Source of the DNA: Paraspadella gotoi
Lineage: Eukaryota > Animalia > Chaetognatha
Direction of reading: 5' to 3'
Assembly: GCA_051294375.1 (NCBI GenBank)
Contig: CM119264.1
Coordinates: forward strand, 30,880,091 to 30,944,090
DNA: 64,000 nt
Each line of letters begins with the position of its first letter. Within the stretch, counting starts at the first letter, position 1. Positions 44,036 through 57,500 of this stretch are shown here, in pieces. The position numbers and the translations under genes are program-made. The notes beneath the pieces are model-generated. The model ran no database searches, was not told the DNA's origin, and saw only the letters and a program-made list of their open reading frames with translations.

Positions 44036-45969
44036 TATTTAACTTAATTTTATTAGTTTAATTTAACGAAACTTCCATTCGTTTGTCATTAGTTCTTTCA
44101 TTCTGTGAACAAAGAAAAAAAGCTTTGATCCTGTTTCTTATTGTCTCCGTTTGTTTTTTCTTCCTTTTAAATCTCGTTTCTCTTTTTCTTTTTGTTAAGA
44201 TTTTATCTTTTTTTATTCACATGTTATTATTTTTTTGTTTGTTTGTTGAGTTATTACGTGAATTTCATATGTTTTTTATAATTCTGCGTTTGTTAATGAA
44301 TAGCTCAGTAATTGAATAATCGCCTTCCCTTGAATATATTTGATTGTAAATTGTAGAATAAGTAACGCCAAATTCTAAAACCTAATGTATTAAATTTGCC
44401 CCATAACCGTCGGGCACAATGAAAACGTTTCTTCTCTGATCTCTGAGTGAACTTTCACCTTTTTATCAGATTCACTCTGCATTCTCTCTTTCAAGATGAA
44501 ACCGAAGTTCTTATCTATCACTTTTTATTATTTTAATTAATACTTTGCCATTTTTAAGTTGCGCCAATAGTCTGTGGGTCGGTCTGTCTGTTTCCGTCCG
44601 TCTGTCTGTTAATACTCTATCATTTTAGTTGAAACATGGTAGCAGGGTGACCTACGATTAGATACTTAATTGTGCAGTCAGATGATGTGAAAAGTCAATC
44701 ACTTCTGAAATTAAATTCAGCATAATTCACTAAACGCTGTTTAATTTTAGTGAATATCATTAAACTTCTGTGCATATTATTTTATACTTCATTCGTGACG
44801 GGTTCATGCTGGAGGCATAGTGGAGTTTATACTGGAGGGCGTAGTACACACAATGCACACTCAGAAGTCGCTTCGGCGTAAGACCAAAAACTTGCTTGTT
44901 CTTTCCTTTCTTCTCATTTTTCAATCGACGCTATTTTCCACCCCCCCCCAACCCATTTCCCCCCCCTTCCCTCTCTCCCTTTTTGTTTCTCTTAACCTCG
45001 ATCAAGTTTTACTCTCTCTCTCTCTCTCTCTCTCTACGCGTAATTCGGTTTTAGCCAAGTTCGTTTATAACGAATCGAATCTTGTCGGTTCGAATTAACG
45101 AGAAAGGAGCGTCCGATCTCGGTTGGGTTCAAAAAGTTTCGGGTTCAAGTCTCGGGTTCAAGACCGAAAACAAACAAATCACAAACTTTAAAAAAAATTG
45201 TTTTTTTCATTACGATTTAAAAAAGAAATAATATTTAAAACAGCGCGACGAAAAACAGATTATTGTCAAAAATGGATGAGTTTTGAAAACGTTAACAACT
45301 TTAGCTCTGTTTTAACTTTTGAAGAAAGTTTCCCATTTTACCAGAGAGTTTCAAAACCATGTTCGTTTAACTTCGCTTTTATAAACTGACTTTCCAATTC
45401 GCACGTCTGGTCGGCTGCACCCACCTCTTTTCTTCTCTATCATAATAATCCTTCTACCACTTTCCTTGTTCCATAAATACCGTTTCTTCCCTTTGTATCA
45501 CAACTATTCATCCATCTCTCATCACCAGTCTATGTACACTGTTTGCTCCTCTTCTTGTATTCATACAATGCAGTCATGCGGCGCTACCTTTGTGACCCAA
45601 ATCTTTTTCTCTGCCATTAAATAGGATCTGCGCGACGTCTGGCTGACTTATGATCTGCGTGCGGATGGGCAGGCGGTGGGAACGGAAGCCGACTCAAGAA
45701 TCGGAATACTCCCTGTATAAGAGGGAACGATGCATCTCTCGTAATACTGAAGAGACCGGAAATGCCGTGATAACTAGAGAGACGAAATGCAGTGAAACTG
45801 AGAGAAGGACAAATGCGACATCGCTACTGAGTGCAGCAAAAACACAATGCCACTGGAGGGAGAAATTCCAGCCAATACAGATACAACGAGCTATATACAA
45901 CTCTTTTATACGTGAAGCTTTTACTTGCTTTTAAGTCACAACGTGTACGAAATGATAAAGTTTCACCAG

Positions 45970-48900
45970 TTAATATGCTGTCTTGCGTCAGAGTATAATA
46001 AATTGCGTAAATGCCAAGGTTGGATAACATTCACGCTGTCGAAGGAAGGTGACTCTAGAAACAAAAACAATCTCTGCTGGAAGCGAGAAAAGAGGCTTCG
46101 GGCGCCACCATCTGCGGACCTGCGCCTGCAACACATCGACGACCTCTCTGTACAAGGGGGGGGCGATGGTATATTGTCATGCTAATGGGGTGGAACATGA
46201 TTCTGTCACAAATATGAGCTGAAATGGCGAGTGATGATACGTTCAGACAAAGGACGATGGCACAATGCCCATTGAGCAGTCTTGAGATGATGAGGCATGA
46301 TCTATCCGAAGGGAGATGATCGTCCCTTATGACTGACACAGAGCGGAGATGTCACAAAGGTGAGAGAGATGAGATGAGATGTAGCTGACAGCAGAGAGTG
46401 GATTCGAGTGAGTGAGTGGTGCAAAGAGATGAAGATGATGAGGAAGAGGTGGAGGGAAGTGTAGGAAAGGTTAGCGAGAATGAGAGGATGATATGACGGA
46501 AGTGAGTAGTGAAGGGAGGGTCGTAGCTAGAGAGGAAGGTGAGAGTGTGCACGTGGAATAGGTTCGCGGAGGGTAATGGTAGAGGAGAGACATGGTTAGC
46601 GTTAAGGGCCGTTAAAACTAATATTTTTAACGGTTAACCGTTAAAATCGGTTAATTTTAAAATTTACTTAAATTAATAATATTATTATTTAATCAAACTA
46701 AAGTATTTAATGGTATCTATCTTAACTCTTGCTGCCTGAATCTTTTTTATCTTCTATTTCAGATAGATAGGTACATATTTTAGTTAGTAAATTAAAAATG
46801 ATTTGACAACTATTTTGAATCTACCTATGATAATTTAGCTAATCAGATAATGGCATCGTGATAAATCTACTTATCAAAACTTTTTCTTTTACCTCATAGG
46901 CATAAAAAATAGATAAAGGACAAAAAGAAAAAACCACAAATGTAATTCTAATTCTAGTATTGTCTTTTCTTGCTCTCTCTTTCTCGTTTTTCTTTCGTTA
47001 TATCTCTCATGTATTTTTCTTGATGTTAGTTTCTGAACGCTTGTTTTTTGTTTATTTTTCATAAGCCATAAGGAGAATAAGAGAGGACAAGAAAAAAAAT
47101 ACTTTTCTTTAAAAAAATCCAAAGACTTTATACCAAAAAATTAAAAAAATCATATTTAAAAATTAACGAATTTACCGTAAAATAAATATATTACGGTTAG
47201 GTTAAAATAATTTTTAACCGTTAATAACCGTTAACTGTTAACGGTATCGTAACCCTAGTCACTAACCTGAATCACATGACCTCGTTGTACGGCTGCATTC
47301 TCCTGCCCTCATTGGTGAGACTCAAGTTCGGTTTTAAGAAGAGAAATCGCGGAAAAGTCTTCTTTTGGCCGAAAAAGCGGCCAGGGCTTCAGAGCCAGGG
47401 AGGCGTCTTTGCCTGGGAGGGAGAGGGAAAAGAGGAGGGGGGTTTGGAGGCATGTTATTGGGGTGAGACAATTATTTTTCTCTCACACTTCTTTTTTATG
47501 TCTCCCTCTTTTCAAGGCAATCCGGAAGTGACATCGTCTCTCTCTCTCACCAGCATTCTCTCTCTTCACTCTCTTTCAGCTCCTTTCAAGCCAATCGGAA
47601 GTGACATCACTGTCTCTCTCTCTCTCTTCCTCTCACCCGCATTCTCTCTCTTCACTCTCTCAGCTCCTTTTCAGCCAATCTGGAAATGACATCACGTCTC
47701 TCTCTCTTTCTCACCCCGCATTCCTCTCTCTTCACTCTCTTCAGCTCCTTTTCAGCCAATCTGGAAATGACATCATCTCTCTCTCTCTTTCTCACCCGCA
47801 TTCTCTCTCTTCACTCTCTTCAGTTCCTTTTCAGGCCAATCCGGAAGTGACATCCACTATCTCAGTCTTGAGGTCGGACGCGATGAGCCAGAGTCTTCAG
47901 AGGGTTGCGAGAGGAAGGGGCTTGGTGCGGGTGGGGCGTGCCTTGCCGGGCTGAGGAAAGGCTGTTTGGGAGGGGAGGAGAAGAAAATGAATGATAAAAT
48001 GAATGAATCAATTGTCTGCGATTAACGAACAAATGAACGACCCAAAGAACAAATGAACAGCCAAAGAAGGAATGAACGATCCAAAGAAAGGAATGAAGAT
48101 CTTCTCTCTCACCCCCCCAGTGAAGTCTCTCACATGTTCGTCTTCGTTTTCTCTCCGATAGACATCGAAGGCTTCGTCGTCGACTCGATCTCCGACGCCA
48201 TCTTTAGTTTTGACTGTGATCGATGACGTGGATCGAAAAAAAGGCCTGAAGGAGAACAAAAGAACATCGATTATTAATATCAAAGGAGAAGGAGGAGGAG
48301 ATATTAATATTAATTAATATATAATATATAATATTGTTAATTTAACATTAGTATTCATAATTATTTATTTAAAGATTTGATTGATTTGCACCTGAAAATC
48401 GTCGTCGTCCGTCTTCAAAGAGCCACGCCTTTTTTCGTCTCTGTTCACGCTCTGTGACTTCTCTGTCACTCTCTTTCGGCGTCTCCAGCAAATTCTCTTC
48501 GCAAGAGTGGCACCTCCTTCGCTACGGCTCTTTTTCTGTTTGCGAGAATTAGTAAATAATGAATGAGTACATTGTTAAATGAATAAATGCAAAATGGTTG
48601 ATGACCATGATAAAATAAATGAATGAATAAATAATTAGACACTGAATGAATAAATGATTGAATGAATGAAGCAACACATAACTAAATGAATTAATCCCTG
48701 AATGGATGAAGTAATATGAAAAGAATAATTGAAAGAACTAAACTATGACTGAATCAATCAAAGAATGAATGAATGAAAGAAAAGTATACAGAAGAGTTCC
48801 TCTTCTCTCTCTCTCTCTCTCTCTCCTCTTCTTCTCTCTCACCGTCAGAGAGGGAGAATTCCTCTCGTCTCTCTCTCTCGCTCCCAATTGCCCTTCAGTC

Positions 48901-51900
48901 GATGATCCGGCCGAGATTCGAACCCGAGATCTTTTGTTTCATCTTTGGTGTCGTTTTCTTTGTCTCCGTCGTCGGTGCCGCTGCTGTCGGTCATCCCTTG
49001 ATGCTGAAAGAAAAAAAAAACAAAAGACATTATTATTATTTTTATTTTATACAAAAACAGTCAACTGATGAAAAAATATAAATATTGTACGCTTGTTTTT
49101 GTTTTGATTTTTTTTTGCAAACTGGGGGAAAAAGTTATTAAGAAACCAAACACCGAGGAATTTTGTGGAAAGAAAAAAATAAAACTAAGTCTTTCATTTT
49201 TTTTCCTCTCACTTAAAAAGAATCACACAAATATTTTTGGGGTTCGAATCACCAAGGGCAAAAAAAAACAATGAAAAGGACAAAGGACATTGAAAGGGAC
49301 AAAGAAATTAAAGGGGTCAGAATTGGCGAGAATGGATTCTTACTAGGATAGCGGAAAGGGATCCCTCTGGACAGGTTTTCTAAAAAGAATAAACCCGATA
49401 ATTTATGGGGAAATAATATTTGAAAAAAAACTTAATGCTCATGTCGCCTTTTAAAACAAAGTTTTTAGTTACGAAGCGAGTTAATTTTAAGTTTTATATG
49501 AATAAAAATATCATTTTGAATAAGATCTAACCGTTAGTTAAGTTCTCATTTACCAGACAAACGGTAACAAATTAAACAACCTTTTTGCAACCTTTTTTGA
49601 ATCCGTTTGAAAATGACGATATTAAAATGACGCCGTAACAAGTAATGTTTAATAATAAAATATAATAAAATGTATCACAACATCCAACAAATCGCATGAC
49701 CGTATCACACCTAAATCAGACATCGCCATAATGCATCAATACCCCACCTACCCCATTTCTTTAATGCATTGCAACATCCCTCCAACACATGAATACTCTA
49801 ATATGAGCACCCTGCCCCAAACTCTTTTTGCAACTCCTCCACCTACACTGACGCCGCATCGATGCCTCTCCAATGGCATTTTCTAATGCGTCCTAACATC
49901 CTCACAACTATTCCCGAAATCGTCCCATCTTTCTCTCCCAATTCTCTTTCACACCTGACGCCGCATCGATGCTCTTCCGATGGCTTGCGTTACTCCTCAC
50001 CTCTGCCATGTATCATTCATGGGCTGATCGACCTGAAGCACTGATTCCCGCTCTTTCCAGTTTTCCTGCGACTGTGAATTCTTGTGCGTCGGATTCCGTG
50101 ACGCGGGATTTCCAGCCTGTGAGAAAGAGGGGGGGGGGGTGGGTGGGAAAGGGAATGTGAAGTGTGAAAGGTACGAGTGAAGAAATTAATTTTGATCTCT
50201 TATAAAATGCATAAAATCTTTTCCAACATCAAATTCACAAGAACTGTGTTATAGATTAAAGTGTTAAATCAACTTTGAAGTCAGTTTCGAATATGTCATT
50301 ATCACGCCTATTATCATCATGCCATCATAGTTATCCTAAAGTCATGTGATGGCTATGTCATAATCATCACGCACCATCATCATCGTGACCATCATCATCA
50401 TCATCATCATCTCCACCCTCACCAGTCTGCGCCTCTTGAAGGAGGTTGAGTCGATCCGCGATGTGAAACGGGTCGTCGACCGCCTGAAGGCGCTGGACTT
50501 CCGCCGGAGCCTGGAAGAAGGAAAAACGGAATCCGAGGTAAGTTAACGCTTACCTTTCATCTTTTTGTTACATTAAGGTCTCCTGTCCATTTTGTTTTCC
50601 CTCGATTTTTATTTCACTTCCTTTCCTTATATTTTTATTCATTTATTTATTCATTTAACTTTGTCTTCTTTTTTTCTCATCTTTTTCCCCCTTCTCTCTT
50701 CCTTCCCCTATTCTCCCTCCTCCCCTCTCTCCTATCTCATTCTCCCCCCCCAAAAAAAAACTCACGTTTCTCAGCGAATCACTGGCTCGCCTTCCGAGGA
50801 ACTCAAACTTCTCTGCGGAGAAACCGATTCTTCCAATCGTTCTCGCCATTTGTTTTCAAAGCTTTCAGGCTGCGGACGATAGAGGGCAGGCGGGGGATGG
50901 GAAAAAAATGAGAACAACAAAATAGCAACAAAAAAAATTTAGTTGTGAATAAACAATTAAGATGCGAATCTATCAGCGAAGATTTCACCAAAAAAAAAAA
51001 AAAGAATTAAAATAAACCGCACGACAAAATCAAAACCTAAAAATCACGTTTGACTACCACCTACCTTCCTTAAAATTATAAAAAGAATTATATTATATTA
51101 CAGAAGACAGAAGACATATCAATATTTACGAAATATTGATGGACATCCCGGCTCGGACGAGGTAGCCTTACCACCGTCTCTCTTCGATCTCTCTTACCGA
51201 TCCTGAATGGAGAGAGACCGGAGAGTGTTGCCATGACGACGGCAGAGGGCGGGTCTGAGACCGGAAGTGACGTCGCTGACGGAACGACGAAGAGTAGTCG
51301 ACCGCTCGGACGTCGGACGACCTGAGTGACAACGGGCTGAAGTGGGCGGGGTGAAGTGGGCGGGGCTGAAGTGGTCTGATTTTCTCCAAACGACATTTCG
51401 CCTTTGATCTCGATGGATCGATCGTCGTCGTCGTCGTCGTTCGTCGTCACATAAACGTCGGGTCGTGTCGTCGTCGACCGATAAATTTGGATCTCGTCAC
51501 GGAATTCGCTGTAGATTTGTCGCATTATTCGCGTAGATTTCGTCGTAGATTTCGCCTCTGAATTTGTTCTGAGATCCAAGCTGCTAATTTCGTTGTTGTC
51601 GTCGTCTTCGCCTTTCCCCTCGCGACGATCGCCTTCCCCTCGCGACGATCGCCTTTCCCTCTCGCGACGATCGCCTTTCCCCTCGCGACGATCGCCTTCC
51701 CTCGGACGAACGAAGTGGAGGAGCGGCGATCGGTTCAGCGCTGAGAGGAGGAAGAGAATGATGTAGTGACTGAAGAGGAGGATGATGTAGAGGCTGCGGT
51801 TGAGCAATTGATGTTGCTGGAGAAGATGATTTGATTAGCCTCTGATGTAGCGATTGATGAAGTGATTAAATATTTGCTTCCGTCTCAGAATCTAGTCGAT

Positions 51901-52198
51901 GTTGTGAAGGAGAGAGAAGGCTGTGGAGAGGGCTGTTGCGAAGGCTGTAGTGAAGGCTGTGGCGAGGGAGAAGAGGGCTGTGAAAAAAATAGAGACGGCT
52001 GAGGAGATGGCTGTTGTAAGGGCTGTAGAGAAGGCTGTGGAGAAGGATGCGTAAAAGTTCGAGAGGGTTTTCGAGGGGGCTGGGTGAAGGCTGTTGAAGG
52101 GGCTGTTGAAGGGCCGAAGGCTCGGAGAGAGGCCGCGTGGAAGTAGGTTCGGCTTTCGAGGAGACTCGTCGAAAGTAATACTCGTTTGGGTTTGATAT
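45970..52198 (-). CDS. SVIL: Supervillin-like exons within the inverted block, reaching the start of gelsolin-like repeat 1
   Basis: Exons 52198-51198, ~50868-50766, ~50510-50426, 50116-~49954, ~49004-48843, ~48535-48391, ~48245-48134, 47961-47796 (RNPLKTLA..DLKTEIVDV..KELKRVKRENA), 47412-47267 (ALAAFSAKEDFSAISL..QPYNEVM.IQ) and a noisy 46147-~45970 (GRRCV..MVAPEASFL.SSRDCF, cf. [24 protein letters not shown]). Confidence 0.75.
46603..47257. mobile_element. Possible non-autonomous hAT-like MITE
   Basis: Ends TAAGGGCCGTTAA.. and ..TTAACGGTATCGTAACCCTA, with clustered TTAACCG/CGGTTAA subterminal motifs and an AT-rich interior. No TSD found. Confidence 0.45.
47513..47860 (-). repeat. ~80-bp tandem repeat x4-5 of an exon 3' end plus 5' splice site
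   Basis: Minus-strand unit GATGTCACTTCCGGATTGGCTGAAAAGGAGCTGAAGAGAGTGAAGAGAGAGAATGCGG|GTGAGA(GA)n; donors at ~47795, 47714, 47636 and 47550. Confidence 0.88.
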
Positions 52199-53347
52199 CT
52201 GAATGAAAAGTGGAGGTTAGAAAACGGCACACGGAGGGGGGGGGTGGAGAAGGAAGGATAGGGAGGATAGAGGATAGACAGTTAGGAGAAGTTAGGGGAG
52301 TAGCAGAGGGGAGGAGGTTAGTGGGAGAAGAGAGATGAAGGGGAAGAAAGGAGGGAACCAAAAGAAGAGACAGGAGGAAGAGAAGGAAAGAAAAGGAAAG
52401 AAAGAAGGATAGAAAGAAGAATGAGCAAAGAAAAAAAAAAGGATGAGAGAAAGTGAGAGAGAGTGAGAGTCAGTTAAGCAGCGGATTAATGCGAGATGGT
52501 TTTTTGGCAAAATTTCGTCAAAACAAAACCAAAGAAAAAACCGCAAAAAAAAAAAAAAAAAATAAACAAAGGGAATCGAGAAAAAAAATTCGTCGCTCGA
52601 ATGAATCTTTATGTCAGATTTTTGAGAAAAAATTTTACGAGTAAAAACAACAATTTTGAGATTTTGAAAAAGGTAAAAAAAAAATAGAAGAGAAAGGCGA
52701 GGATTGAAAACAAATTTAAAAGGGAAAAAGGCTAAGATAGAAAAGGATAGAAAAGGATAGAAGCAGATAGACAAGATAAAAATATTCCTGGGGAAAGAAA
52801 ATTCCATAATTCGGATTTGATGAAAAACGGATTTATTATTTCTCTCGCTCTCCTAACTTTTCGCCCCCGCGCTCGAAAAGAGAAATCCTAAAAAAAGCGA
52901 ATCCCGCAGGCGTAACTTTATTTTATGTTTCATGTTATTTTATTTTATNNNNNNNNNNNNNNNNNNNNNNNNNTTTTTTTTTTTGCGGTTTTTTCTTTGG
53001 TTTTGTTTTGACGAAATTTTGCCAAAAAACCATCTCGCATTAATCCGCTGCTTAACTGACTCTCACTCTCTCTCACTTTCTCTCATCCTTTTTTTTTTTC
53101 TTTGCTCATTTCTTCTTTCTATCCTTCTTTCTTTCCTTCTTTCTTTCCTTCTGTCCTCCCTGCTGCTCTTCTTTTGGTTCCCTCCTTTCTTCCCCTTCAT
53201 CTCTCTTCTCCCACTAACCTCCTCTCCCTCTGCTCCTGCCCTATCATTCTCCCCCTCTCTATCTCCTCTATCCTCTCCTTCCTCTTCTCTATCCTCTCCC
53301 ACCCCCCCCCTCCGTGTGCCGTTTTCTAACCTCCACTTTTCATTCAG

Positions 53348-54353
53348 ATATCAAACCCAAACGAGTATTACTTTCGACGAGTCTTCCTCGAAAGCCGAAC
53401 CTACTTCCACGCGGCCTCTCTCGAGCCTTCGGCCCTTCAACAGCCCCTTCAACAGCCTTCACCCAGCCCCCTCGAAACCCTCTCGAACCTTTTACTCATC
53501 CTTCTCCACAGCCTTCTCTACAGCCCTTACAACAGCCATCTCCTGAGCCGTCTCTATTTTTTTCACAGCCCTCTTCTCCCTCGCCACAGCCTTCACTACA
53601 GCCTTCGCAACAGCCCTCTCCACAGCCTTCTCCTCCTTCACAACATCGACTAGATTCTGAGACGGAAGCAAATATTTTAATCACTTCATCAATCGCTACA
53701 TCAGACGCTACATCAAAGTCATCTTCTCCAGCAACATCAATTGCTCAACCGCAGCCTCTACATCATCCTCCTCTTCAGTCACTACATCATTCTCTTCCTC
53801 CTCTCAGCGCTGAACCGATCGCCGCTCCTCCACTTCGTTCGTCCGAGGGGAAAGGCGATCGTCGCGAGGGGAAAGGCGATCGTCGCGAGGGGAAAGGCGA
53901 TCGTCGCGAGGGGAAAGGCGATCGTCGCGAGGGGAAAGGCGAAGACGACGACAACAACAAAATTAGCAGCTTGGATCTCAGAACAAATTCAGAGGCGAAA
54001 TCTACGACGAAATCTACGACGAATAATGCGACGAAATCTACAGCGAATTCCGTGACGAGATCCAAATTTCATTCGGTCGACGACGACGACGACGACGACG
54101 ACGTTTTTTGTGACGACGACGACGACGATCGATCCATCGAGATCAAAGGCGAATTCGTCGTTGGAGAAAATCAGACCACTTCAGCCCCGCCCACTTCAGC
54201 CCCGCCCACTTCAGCCCCGATCACTTCAGATCGACGCCAGCGTCGCGAAACGCGTGACTCTTCGTCGTTCCGTCAGCGACGTCACTTCCGGTCTCAGACC
54301 CGCCCTCGCCGTCGTCATGGCAACACTCTCGCGTCCTCTCTCATTCAGGATCG
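53348..54353 (+). CDS. SVIL: Supervillin-like ~1 kb exon (QPS and EGKGDRR repeats; ends SLIQDR)
   Basis: TTCAG|ATATCAAACC to GATCG|GTAAGA. The phase-2 join to 61259 gives IQDR|LKALKTNGENDWKNR (cf. SVIL IKERLALLKKSGEEDWRNR). Contains at least one frame-breaking error. Confidence 0.8.
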
Positions 54354-54504
54354 GTAAGAGAGATCGAAGAGAGACGGTGGTAAGGCTTCCTCGTCCGAGC
54401 CGGGATGTCCAATCAATATTTCGTAAATATTGATATGTCTTCTGTCTTCTGAAACCAATATAGTATAATTCTTTTATAATTTTTAAGGAAGGTAGGTGGT
54501 AGTA

Positions 54505-57500
54505 ATCTAAAAATCACGTTTGACTACCACCTACCTTCCTTAAAAATTATAAAAGAATTATAATATTGGTTTCAGAAGACAGAAGACATATCAATATTTA
54601 CGAAATATTGATGGACATCCCGGCTCGGACGAGGAGCCTTACCACCGTCTCTCTTCGATCTCTCTTACCGATCCTGAATGGAGAGAGGACGCGAGAGTGT
54701 TGCCATGACGACGGCGAGGGGGGGTCTGAGACCGGAAGTGACGTCGCTGACGGAACGACGAAGAGTCACGCGTTTCCGCGACGCTGGCGTCGAATCTGAA
54801 GTGATCGGGGCTGAAGTGGGCGGGGCTGAAGTGGGCGGGGGCTGAAGTGGGCGGGCTGAAGTGGTCTGATTTTCTCCAACGACGAATTTCGCCTTTGATC
54901 TCGATGGACTCGATCGTCGTCGTCGTCGTCACAAAAACGTCGTCGTCGTCGTCGTCGTCGACCGAATGAAATTTGGATCTCGTCACGGAATTCGCTGTAG
55001 ATTTTCGATTTCGTGTAGATTTCGCCTCTGAATTTGTTCTGAGATCCAAGCTGCTAATTTCGTTGTTGTCGTCGTCTTCGCCTTTCCCCTCGGGACGATC
55101 GCCTTTTCCCTCGCGACGATCGCTCTTCCCCTCGCGACGATCGCCTTTCCCTCGGACGAACGAAGTGGAGGAGCGGCGATCGGTTCAGCGCTGAGAGAAG
55201 GGAAGAGAATGATGTAGTGACTGAAGAGGAGGATGATGTAGAGGCTGCGGTTGAGCAATTGATGTTGCTGGAGAAGATGATTTGATGTAGCCTCTGATGT
55301 AGCGATTGATGAAGTAATTAAATATTGCTTCCGTCTCAGAATCTAGTCGTGTTTGTGGAGGAGAGAAGGCTGTGGAGAGGGCTGTTGCGAACTGTAGTGA
55401 AGGCTGTGGCGAGGGAGAAGAGGGCTGTGAAAAAAATAGAGACGCTCAGGAGATGGCTGTTGTAAGGGCTGTAGAGAAGGCTGTGGAGAAGGATGGTAAA
55501 AGTTCGAGAGGGTTTTCGAGGGGGCTGGGGTGAAGGCTGTTGAAGGGGCTGTTGAAGGGCCGAAGGCTCGGAGAGAGGCCGCGTGGAAGTAGGTTCGCTT
55601 TCGAGGAAGACTCGTCGAAAGTAATACTCGTTTGGGTTTGATATCTGAATGAAAAGTGGAGGTTAGAAAACGGCACACGGAGGGGGGGGGTGGGAAGGAA
55701 GAGAGAGGAAAGGAGAAGGATAGAGGAGGATAGAGAGGTAGGAGGATGTAGGAGGAGCAGAGGGAGGAGGTTAGTGGGAGAAGAGAGATGAAGGGGAAGA
55801 AAGGAGGGAACCAAAAGAGCAGCAGGGAGGAAGAAGGAAGAAAGAAGGAAAAGAAAGAAGGGAAAGAAAGAAGAATGAGCAAAGAAAAAAAAAAGGATGA
55901 GAGAAAGTGAGAGAGAGGTGAGAGTCAGTTAAGCAGCGGATTAATGCGAGATGGTTTTTTGGCAAAATTTCGTCAAAACAAAACCAAAGAAAAAACCGGC
56001 AAAAAAAAAAAAATAACAAAGGGAATCGAGAAAAAAAATTCGTCGCTCGAATGAATCTTTATGTCAGATTTTTGAGAAAAAATTTTACGAGTAAAAACAA
56101 CAATTTTGAGATTTTGAAAAAGGTAAAAAAAAAATAGAAAGAAAGGCGAGATTGAAAACAAATTAAAAGGGAAAAAGGCTAGATAGAAAAGGATAGAAAA
56201 GGATAGAAGCAGATAGACAAGATAAAAATATTCCTGGGGAAAGAAAATTCCTATATTCGGATTTGATGAAAAACGGATTTATTATTTCTCTCGCTCTCCT
56301 AACTTTTGCCCCCCGCGCTCGAAAAGAGAAATCCTAAAAAAAGCGAATCCCGCAGGCGTAACTTTATTTTATGTTTCATGTTTTATTTTATTTTTAAAAA
56401 TGTGGAAACTTTCTTCAAAAGTTAAAACAGAGCTAAAGTTGTTAACGTTTTCAAAACTCATCCATTTTTGACAATAATCTGTTTTTCGTCGCGCTGTTTT
56501 TAAAATTATTTCTTTTTTAAATCGTAATGAAAAAAACTTTTTTTTTTAAAGTTTGTGATTGTTGTTTGTTTTCGGTCTTGAACCCGAGACTTGAACCCGA
56601 AACTTTTTGAACCCAACCGAGATCGGACGCTCCTTTCTCGTTAATTCGAACCGACAAGATTCGATTCGTTATAAACGAACTTGGCTAAAACCGAATTACG
56701 CGTAGAGAGAGAGAGAGATAAACTTGATCGAGGTTAAGAGAAACAAAAGGGAGAGAGGGAAGGGGGGGAATGGGTTGGGTGGGGGGGTGGAAATAGCGTC
56801 GATTGAAAAATGAGAAGAAAGGAAAGAACAAGCAAGTTTTTGGTCTTACGCCGAAGCGACTTCTGAGTGTGCATTGTGTGTACTACGCCCTCCAGTATAA
56901 ACTCCACTATGCCTCCAGCATGAACCCGTCACGAATGAAGTATAAAATAATATGCACAGAAGTTTAATGATATTCACTAAAATTAAACAGCGTTTAGTGA
57001 ATTATGCTGAATTTTAATTTCAGAAGTGATTGACTTTTCACATCATCTGACTGCACAATTAAGTATCTAATCGTAGGTCACCCTGCTACCATGTTTCAAC
57101 TAAAATGATAGAGTATTAACAGACAGACGGACGAAGACGGACGAAACAGACAGACCGACCCACAGACTATTGGCGCAAACTTAAAAATGGCAAAGTATTA
57201 ATGTAAAATAATAAAAGTGATAGATAGAACTTCGGTTTTCATCTTGAAAGAGAGAATGCAGAGTGAATCTGATAAAAAGGTGAAAGTTCACTCAGAGATC
57301 AGAGAAGAAACGTTTTCATTGTGCCCGACGGTTATGGGGCAAATTTAATACATTAGGTTTTAGAATTTGGCGTTACTTATTCTACAATTTACAATCAAAT
57401 ATATTCAAGGGAAGGCGATTATTCAATTACTGAGCTATTCATTAACAAACGCAGAATTATAAAAAAACATATGAAATTCACGTAATAACTCAACAAACAA

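Larger units (their letters stand above)
45350..52948 (-). repeat. Inverted duplicate block carrying supervillin exons on the minus strand; probable chimeric-read artefact
   Basis: 48203-51030 is the reverse complement of 61112-64000, and 51040-52555 is the reverse complement of 52974-54503. The block ends at a 25-N gap. 45400-46600 looks extremely error-rich. Confidence 0.88.

Noticed and set aside
45730-45795. Hammerhead candidate CTGAAGA..GAAA
   Set aside because: Stems I and II do not pair, and the region is very low-quality sequence.
45400-46600. Novel ORFs or a retroelement fragment
   Set aside because: Best explained as an insertion-rich single-read version of supervillin gelsolin-repeat exons and introns.
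50426-50882. Apparent + strand exons (CACCAG..GAG|GTAAGT) of a second nested gene
   Set aside because: The opposite strand encodes conserved supervillin motifs with proper splice sites; the + strand signals are mirror coincidences.
51040-56395. Biological triplication or palindromic amplification of the 1-kb supervillin exon
   Set aside because: The geometry and 25-N gaps fit chimeric-read gap extension; only 53348-54353 fits the collinear gene.
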